A stretch of DNA of 64,000 bases, taken from contig CAVZQN010000003.1 in the NCBI GenBank assembly GCA_963777505.1, positions 512,001-576,000 on the forward strand. The letters run 5' to 3'. The translations under genes and the position numbers were made by a program. The notes beneath the pieces were generated by a model. It had not been told where the DNA came from and did not search any database. It saw only the letters and a list, made by a program, of their open reading frames with translations. The stretch is from an uncultured bacterium. GTDB lineage: Bacteria > Acidobacteriota > HRBIN11 > JAKEFK01. Every line of letters starts with the position of its first letter. Within the stretch, counting starts at the first letter, position 1. Of this stretch, positions 61,586 to 64,000 are shown in pieces.

Positions 61586-62164
61586 ATGGAAGCTGCGGAA
61601 TTTATCGAGAACGCTCAAGGTTGTTTAAAGCAGGTTGATGAGCTGCGTCAGGAAAAGCAGGCAATCGGCAGCCCCAAAGTGAAGGCATGGAAGACGGAAG
61701 TCGAACAGATTTTGCGTTCCGGCGGCAAGAATACTACAAAGTTGCTGCACAGTTTTATGAATCTGAAATTTGGTGCGAGTCCGATGGGTACCGAAGCTAT
61801 AGCGGGTGATCCAGTTAAGTTTCAAGCCTATCAAGCCGAATTAGATACAGCTGAAAAGCTTTTGAAGAGTGCTATTCAAACAATACAGATTTTTGGGATT
61901 ACTGAAGCACCAAAACTTCCTGACTGGGTAAAACAAGAACTCAAGGCTAGTGGTGTAATTCGTCTAGGTGCAAAAGAAGTTGATATCAAAAATGTTACAG
62001 TCCATGAATTCCTGACCGCCATGGTTGAATTATCGGAAGCAGATGGAAGTCTTGATGAAACGTTAAAAAAGGAAATGTCGCAGCGATTGGAATCGTTAAA
62101 GAAACACCCCCTCCTTTCCCCATTTCTTAATCAAACCATCGACAAAGTCTTCTCCAAACTCTAA
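61586..62164 (+). CDS. Hypothetical helical protein
   Basis: 192-aa ORF filling the gap, with no recognised motif. Confidence 0.6.
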   Translation: MEAAEFIENAQGCLKQVDELRQEKQAIGSPKVKAWKTEVEQILRSGGKNTTKLLHSFMNLKFGASPMGTEAIAGDPVKFQAYQAELDTAEKLLKSAIQTIQIFGITEAPKLPDWVKQELKASGVIRLGAKEVDIKNVTVHEFLTAMVELSEADGSLDETLKKEMSQRLESLKKHPLLSPFLNQTIDKVFSKL

Positions 62165-62175
62165 CCACTGTTTTT

Positions 62176-62615
62176 CACCACGGAGTCACGGAGAGCACGG
62201 AGATAAAAATTCATAGGACTAATCGTCGTAATCCTTGTTTTAGAAAACGACATTTGAAGTTCAAGATTAAGCCGATATGGATGCCTGACATCTTAAGATA
62301 AGTAAGTAATTGCGCTTCATGAATTGGCAAGATTGTGTCCACATTCTTTATCTCAAGAATGACCTTATTACTGACCACAATGTCTATCCGGTAGCCATAA
62401 CTAAATTCCAAGCCCTTGTATTTCACTGGAAGCCGTCTCTGACGTTCAACTGTAAGACCGCAATTTCTTAGTTCATAGCAAAGACATTCCTCATAAATCG
62501 ATTCTAAGAGCCCAGGTCCTAGTGATCGATGAACTTCGATTGCCGCAGCAATTATTTTCTTAGTTAATTCTTCTTCATAAATCATTTTCTCCGTGCTCTC
62601 CGTGACTCCGTGGTG
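62176..62615 (-). mobile_element. Putative cassette: GxxExxY gene enclosed by perfect 28-bp family A inverted repeats
   Basis: CACCACGGAGTCACGGAGAGCACGGAGA at 62176-62203 equals the reverse complement of 62588-62615 (28/28). Mobility is inferred. Confidence 0.65.
62211..62585 (-). CDS. GxxExxY protein (PD-(D/E)XK nuclease-like)
   Basis: IIAAAIEVH..LGPGLLESIYE, YRIDIVV..KVILEIK and AQLLTYLK..GLILNF. ATG 62585 preferred; an alternative TTG at 62621 would translate the repeat. Confidence 0.93.
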   Translation of the reverse strand: MIYEEELTKKIIAAAIEVHRSLGPGLLESIYEECLCYELRNCGLTVERQRRLPVKYKGLEFSYGYRIDIVVSNKVILEIKNVDTILPIHEAQLLTYLKMSGIHIGLILNFKCRFLKQGLRRLVL

Positions 62616-62617
62616 GT

Positions 62618-64000
62618 TCAATACTGGTCGATGGATCGATACTGGATAGCTTCGGATAAATACTGTGTTTTGATGTCGTTCGAACTATCTAAGTCGGCAA
62701 TCGTACGGGACACTTTCAGGATCCGATGATATGCCCGAGCACTGAGATGAAATTTTCGGATGGCTTTTTCCATGAGTTGCAAACAAGAATCATCCAGTTT
62801 GCAATATTGTTTGATTAATTTTGCCGGGATTTGTGAATTGCTGAACAATCGATGCTTGCGATACCTTTCGAGTTGAGTATTCCGAGCGTTACAAATGCGG
62901 GTGCGAATGAGTTGAGACGACTCAGACTCAAAATTTTCCGAAAGAAGTTCTTGCGACTTTACAGCCGGAATATCAAGATGAATGTCGAAACGATCCAATA
63001 ATGGTCCCGATATTCGCGCGAGATATCGCTGGAGTTGTTGGTTTGTGCACTTACAGCTACGATCCGGCACACCATAATATCCACACGGACAAGGATTCAT
63101 GGCACCCATCAGCATGAAACGGGATGGATATTCTACAGAACCTGAGGCGCGTGAAATTCGGATGGTTCCATTCTCAAGTGGTTGTCTTAGAATTTCCAAA
63201 ATGCTTTTGCCGAATTCTGGAAGTTCATCCAAAAACAACACACCATTATGCGCCAATGAAATCTCACCAGGCCGCGGATTACTTCCACCACCGGCTAATC
63301 CTGCATAACTGATTGTGTGATGTGGTGCGCGAAATGGTCTGCTGCGCATCAAGCCATCAGTGCCGAGTAATCCCGCAACGGAATACACTTTTGAAGTTTC
63401 AACAGCTTCTTCAAATGTGAGAGATGGCAGAATGCTTGGCACCCGTTGAGCAAGTAGAGTTTTACCGGCGCCGGGAGGTCCGATCATCAGGACATTGTGT
63501 CCGCCTGCCGCAGCGACTTCCAATGCACGTTTTGCATGATATTGTCCTTTCACTTCCGAAAAATCAACGGGATAATTCATGTTTGTGTTCTGATCAGTGA
63601 ATGGCTTTACCTGTAATTTTTCGATGCCTTCGCGTTTGCTTAAAAACTCAGCTGCTTCGATTAACGAATTGACTGGAAAAACACTGGCACCATCAATCAT
63701 GGCTGCCTCTGAAGCATTCTCACGCGGAATTAGAAGGTTAGGAATTCTCAGTTTTCTCGCGAGAATCACAAACGCAAGAATGCCACATACCGGCCGCACC
63801 CTTCCTTCAAGTGAAAGTTCGCCAAGAATTAAGAATTGATCGAAAGCAGGAGGTTTAATCTGATCTGAGGCAGCCAGTATTCCAAGTGCAATCGGTAAAT
63901 CGAAGTAAGGTCCTTCTTTTCGCAAATTCCCTGGCCCAAGATTGACCGTGATCGTACGGCTCGGGATGTAATATCCGCAGTTGCCGATTGCAACCCGGAC
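62618..64000 (-). CDS. comM: YifB/ComM Mg-chelatase-like AAA+ ATPase, 5' truncated by the window edge
   Basis: ITVNLGPG.LRKEG..FDLPIA, GPPGAGKT, PFRAPHH, PGEISLAHNGVLFLDE, MNPCPCG and SGPLLDRFD; frame is open to 64000. Confidence 0.95.
   Translation of the reverse strand, partial: VRVAIGNCGYYIPSRTITVNLGPGNLRKEGPYFDLPIALGILAASDQIKPPAFDQFLILGELSLEGRVRPVCGILAFVILARKLRIPNLLIPRENASEAAMIDGASVFPVNSLIEAAEFLSKREGIEKLQVKPFTDQNTNMNYPVDFSEVKGQYHAKRALEVAAAGGHNVLMIGPPGAGKTLLAQRVPSILPSLTFEEAVETSKVYSVAGLLGTDGLMRSRPFRAPHHTISYAGLAGGGSNPRPGEISLAHNGVLFLDELPEFGKSILEILRQPLENGTIRISRASGSVEYPSRFMLMGAMNPCPCGYYGVPDRSCKCTNQQLQRYLARISGPLLDRFDIHLDIPAVKSQELLSENFESESSQLIRTRICNARNTQLERYRKHRLFSNSQIPAKLIKQYCKLDDSCLQLMEKAIRKFHLSARAYHRILKVSRTIADLDSSNDIKTQYLSEAIQYRSIDQY

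Overview
This is a gene-dense bacterial chromosomal window, probably from Acidobacteriota. That assignment is an inference from the Oar-type TonB receptor, the TPR/cohesin secretin with its T2SS/T4P-like cluster, the TamB-Omp85 fusion and the sulfatase-TPR gene. From left to right it holds a partial GT-C membrane glycosyltransferase, an ECF42-type sigma/YciI pair, TrmH, a radical SAM gene, two pilT paralogs, a 1151-aa secreted di-haem protein resembling hydrazine synthase alpha, and an IclR-controlled methylated-amine/C1 cluster (Rieske, BHMT-like, solA, purU). These are followed by lolA-ECF-anti-sigma and a T2SS/T4P-like operon, a TamB-TamA fusion, a kinase-like/PhoD pair, a MoxR pair, kdsB-pyrG-kdsA-kdsD-kdsC, a frameshifted TonB receptor and a partial comM. 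The most notable signal is non-coding. Two small genes, a GxxExxY nuclease-fold gene and a four-helix-bundle (IVS/Avd-like) gene, are each enclosed by their own inverted repeats built from 9-bp units. Gene-less copies of each repeat are scattered through intergenic gaps and N-terminal coding regions of the window, which suggests REP/RAYT-like repeat systems that lack a recognisable transposase. Classical REP hairpins are also present, including a REPIN inside a prepilin leader. Several single-base frameshifts probably reflect sequencing error. I saw no rRNA, tRNA, CRISPR array or IS transposase. All calls are from manual motif recognition, with no database searches.
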